Assembly (NCBI RefSeq): GCF_006345805.1
Contig: NC_043007.1
Coordinates: 24,614,001 to 24,678,000, forward strand
Source of the DNA: Octopus sinensis
Lineage: Eukaryota
Length of the DNA: 64,000 nucleotides
Direction: 5' to 3'
The translations under genes and the position numbers were made by a program. The notes beneath the pieces are model-generated. The model searched no databases. It saw only the letters and a program-made list of their open reading frames with translations, and had not been told where the DNA came from. This document shows positions 59,816 through 64,000 of the stretch, in pieces. Numbering within the stretch: position 1 is the first letter of the stretch; every line of letters begins with the position of its first letter.

Positions 59816-62077
59816 TATATTAAAGATAACGAGTAAAAACACTTTAATATAAGATAAAGAGTAAAAACACAGACACATATATATACATATACACATATCG
59901 CCACAACAGAATTGAGATCCTAAAACCAAGGTGCCTTGTAAAAAGTGTTGCTAACGGTGGGGTGGTGGTGCTATATAAAAATGGTGTCACTCTGTGGAGT
60001 GGTTGGCATTAGGAAGGGCATCCAGCCATAGAAACCAAACCAAAATGGACCATAGAAACTGGTGTCTTCCCCTGCCTTTACCAGTTCCTGTCAAGTTATC
60101 TAACCCATGCCAGCATGGGAAATGGACATTAAATGACGATGATGGTGATGATATATACATATATATAGTACACACACATATATATCTTATTAACATCTTG
60201 ACATTGCTGACCACACGGTAAAGGTCAATAGGCACAAATATTAAACACTATAGCTATGTATGTACATATATAAATGCATTTTGGTGTTTATTAGGATTGC
60301 TGACCATAACTCCAGAAAGAAAGGCCAGACAAACAATAAAGAAATCAAGAATTAGTTTCCAAAAACTAAAGTACAAAGGCAAGTTGTACATTGAATATCT
60401 CCACTGACCACTTCTCTCTCTCACACACACACACATACACCCACTCAAATGTATGTACTCCCCACTCTCCTTACTCTCTCTCTCTCCCACATACATTTAC
60501 ACACTTTCACTGTGTCTCATCCACATACATACCCTTTCACTAACAAATTCTCACATATGCACACACACACACACAACTCACTCTCCCCACCCCCATGTTC
60601 TCTATATCCCAGCGGTAAGTAAATAGACTTATCCCCTCCACCCAACACCCCACCCCCCCTCTCTATCAAAGTTAAGCCGTCCAGTCGTTCTGACAAATTC
60701 TGTCCAAACTGGAAGCTTTTAATCTGATTATTTCAAGAATTTACTACGGCGTTCAAAGAGAAGCAGGAGTTATTTTCGGTAAAAGTAAATAACGGAATTG
60801 GACAAACAACCTTCTCATTAGAATTTATTGTTTCTGGTCAGTTTCTTCAGGTCAGACTTACTCTTAGAGATGGAAATGATTCCGGTTTGCCTTTTATTAA
60901 AGGAGGGTGAGACAGGTCAACCCTAGCAGAATGGATCCTATATCAGTTTTTGGTGATGAATATTTCAGATTGTTTGATGAGCTACACAGCTGCATGATCT
61001 TTGAATTATAGCATAGGTGGCCAAGTATCTCAAGACAATTGTCTACCTCTTTATATATGTGTATATGTGTGTAGCTATAAACAGGATGAGATTAAGATAC
61101 CAGACATAAAATTGACAACTGAAAAATCCCTTATCCCCTCTGGGGTCACTGGGGTGCTGCAGCCATGCAGCGTATCTAGGGCAAGAAGGCCTGTCAGAGC
61201 CCATCCCTCTCCAGGCTAAACTCATTTCTACAGCTGAGTGGACTGGAGCGACATGAAGTGAGGTATTTTTGCTCAAGAACACAACGCATCGCCCGATCCA
61301 GGAATCGAAACCACAATCTCATGATCATGAATCCAACACCCTAACTACTAAGCCACGCACCTCCACTAGACATAAAATAGTGGTTTCAAATTTTGGCACA
61401 AGGCTAGCACAAAACAGAATAATATATAAATATCATTAACACATACAACAGTGATTCTTGACCTCAGGTGTAGTCCCTCCTTGAAGGGGGTTGGCAATGT
61501 GAACCCCCAAATCATTTCGTTCATCATTTCATGTCTGCCTTCCATGCTAGCATGAGTGGGACAGTTTCAGAAGAGCTGACCAGACAGAAGCCTGCACCAA
61601 ACTTCTGTGACTGCTTTGGCAGGATTTTTACAGCTGGATGCCCTTCCTAACACCAACCATGCGGCAGAGTGGACTGAGTGCTTTTTCTGTGGCACAAGCA
61701 CAGGCGAGGTCAGTTTTGGCAGGATTTTTACAGCTGGATGCCCTTCCTAACACCAACCACTCAGCAGAGTGGACTGAGTGCTTTTTCTGTGGCACAAGCA
61801 CAGGTGAGGTCAGTTTTGGCAAGGTTTTTACAGCTGGATACCCTTCTGAACACCAACCACTTTACAGTGTAGACTGTGTGCTTTTTAATGCCACCAAATA
61901 TCACATACTGGAGCACCACCTTTAGTCGAGCAAATCGACCCCAGGACTTATTCTGTGTAAGCCTAGTACTTATTCTATCGGTCTCTTTTGCCAAACCACT
62001 AAGATACGGGGATGTAAACACACCAGCATCGGTTGTCAAGCGATGTTAGGGGGACAAACACAGACACACAAACACAC

Positions 62078-62108
<31 letters not shown>

Positions 62109-63578
62109 TATACACACACACACACATATATACAATGGGCTTCTTTCAGTTTCCACCTACCAAATCCACTCACAAGGCTTTGGTTGGCCCGAGGCTATAG
62201 TAGAAGACACTTGCGCAAGGTGCCATGCAGTGGGACTGAACCCTTAAGCATGTGGTTCGTAAGCAAGCTACTTACCACACAGCTACTCCTACACCTATTT
62301 TGTTCATTCTTTTTATAAAAATTTTCACCATGTAAAGTATACGTTGAACACATAGTAACACATGCAAAGCTTCATAAAAAGCTAAAGCCATAGATTGCAT
62401 GGTGTTTTTATCTACTATTCTCATCTGCATACCCTAATGCATGCCTTTTGAACTGTTATCTTACAGCTATGATTTTTGCTATCTGTTTTCAGATGAACAC
62501 TTTTGTTCTCTAAGGATCCAAATTCTTTGCTGTACTCTCTTTCCTAGTTTAGAAAACATTTCAAAATACATGCATGCATTCATTTAAAGCCAAGCATATA
62601 TTCTTCTACCATTGCATTCTGTAGTTATTTCCAGCTCATTGTCAGTCTCAGCCCTCATTATGATGATTCATTTTTGTGTATTAACATATTGGTGGTGTAC
62701 ACAAGTTTCCTTCCTTCCAGGGATTCATCACTCCTGAAGGAACAACTCCATAGGATGGATTGTCTGTGTTTGTCCCTGCAACATCGCTTGACAACTGATG
62801 CTGGTGTGTTTATGTCCCCGTAACTTAGCGGTTCGGCAAAAGAGAACAAAAGAACAAATACTAGGCTTACAAAGAATAAGTCCTGGGGTCAATTTGCTCG
62901 ACTAAAGGCAGTGCTCCAGCATGGCCACAGTCACATGACTGAAACAAGTAAAAGAGTAATATAACAAAAAGATCATTAGCAAAACTTGAACTCACGATCA
63001 TGTTATTTGCAATTCAGTACCTTAATTAGCCACTGTTCACTACTACTACCTTACTCTTTTACTTGTTTCAGTCATTTGACTGCGGCCATGCTGGAGCACC
63101 GCCTTTAGTCGAGCAAATCGACCCTGGGACTTATTCTTTGTAAGCCCAGTACTTATTCTATCGGTCTCTTTTGCCGAACCGCTAAGTGACGGGGACGTAA
63201 ACACACCAGCATCGGTTGTCAAGCAATGCTAGGGAGACAAACATAAACATACATATATATATATATATACATATATACGACAGGCTTCTTTCAGTTTCCG
63301 TCTACCAAATCCACTCACAAGGCATTGGTTGGCCCGGGGCTATAGCAGAAGACACTTGCCCAAGATGCCACGCAGTGGGACTGAACCCGGAACCATGTGG
63401 TTGGTTAGCAAGCTACTTACCACACCACTGCTTTAATGACAATCTGCCACTATTTTAACCACAGTCCACTACTGACTTAAGCATGGTCCACTATCACCTC
63501 CATCACACTCTACTGCTACCTTAACCTTAAGTTAAGATATTATTGAAGGAGTAAATTAAGAGAAAATAAATAACAAAC

Positions 63579-63764
63579 CTTGGCCAAGATATCTGTAGCA
63601 ATGTCACTGAGAGTGTCAACTGAACTTCCTGAGCCTCCACCCTCTTTTCGTCCAATGGTAAGCAAGAAGGATTCAAACAACTGCTGAGTTTCATGCAGCT
63701 CTCGAGTGATGTCAACATTTTCATGCATTCCAAAGACCTCTGGCAGCTGACTTAGCGGCAACTC
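63579..63764 (-). CDS. DNAH12: Axonemal dynein heavy chain exon (most upstream exon in the window)
   Basis: ELPLSQLPEVFGMHENVDITRELHETQQLFESFLLTIGRKEGGGSGSSVDTLSDIATDILAK; CTCCAG acceptor, GTTTGT donor; 186 nt. Confidence 0.93.
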
Positions 63765-64000
63765 CTGGAGGATAGAATAGGATAAAACATAACAACAGCA
63801 ACTACAAAAACAACAACAGTAGCTACTAGTTGAAAGTTATAAGGTGTTAATGAATATATTGTCATAAAGTACAGTGAATTCAGAAGTATCTATTAAAACT
63901 GTGGAGAAAATAGAATGAGTGTAAATCTTCCTATTAGAGTATTGGTTTGTTCCAACGGGTACTGGTTGTAATCTTCCAGTATTTCAAGAGGTATCCACTG

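Noticed and set aside
63900-64000. A further upstream dynein exon at the window edge
   Set aside because: No minus-strand frame resembles the expected dynein sequence upstream of ELPLSQ.

Overview
Repeat-rich, AT-rich animal genomic DNA. The SINE, RTE and microsatellite landscape looks like an octopod cephalopod (inference). Bases 18954-63764 carry the last six coding exons of an axonemal inner-arm dynein heavy chain, most like DNAH12, on the minus strand. These exons join in frame (987 nt, 328 aa + stop) with canonical GT-AG sites, and their introns are filled with tRNA-derived SINEs, RTE 3' fragments, MITEs, relics of mariner, CR1 and HERO-like elements, and microsatellites. The first ~18.7 kb, downstream of the gene, is a structured retroelement block. 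It contains: (1) the 3' end of an L1/Tx1 LINE; (2) two full-length, ~90% identical RTE LINEs (APE-RT with a PHD-type finger inside the RT) arranged tail-to-tail around a 1.4 kb (AT)n tract; (3) in both RTE 3' UTRs, tandem re-iterations of the element's own ORF-end segment with the same junction; (4) a near-identical ~600 bp tandem array with a TATA/Inr in each unit, fused to the 5' end of the second RTE, folding back on itself at 16431/16501 and ending exactly at a Tc1-like MITE. No CRISPR, rRNA or true tRNA gene was found. Many single-base indels in the repeats may be long-read consensus errors. All family assignments come from motif recognition, not database searches, and identities are estimated by eye.
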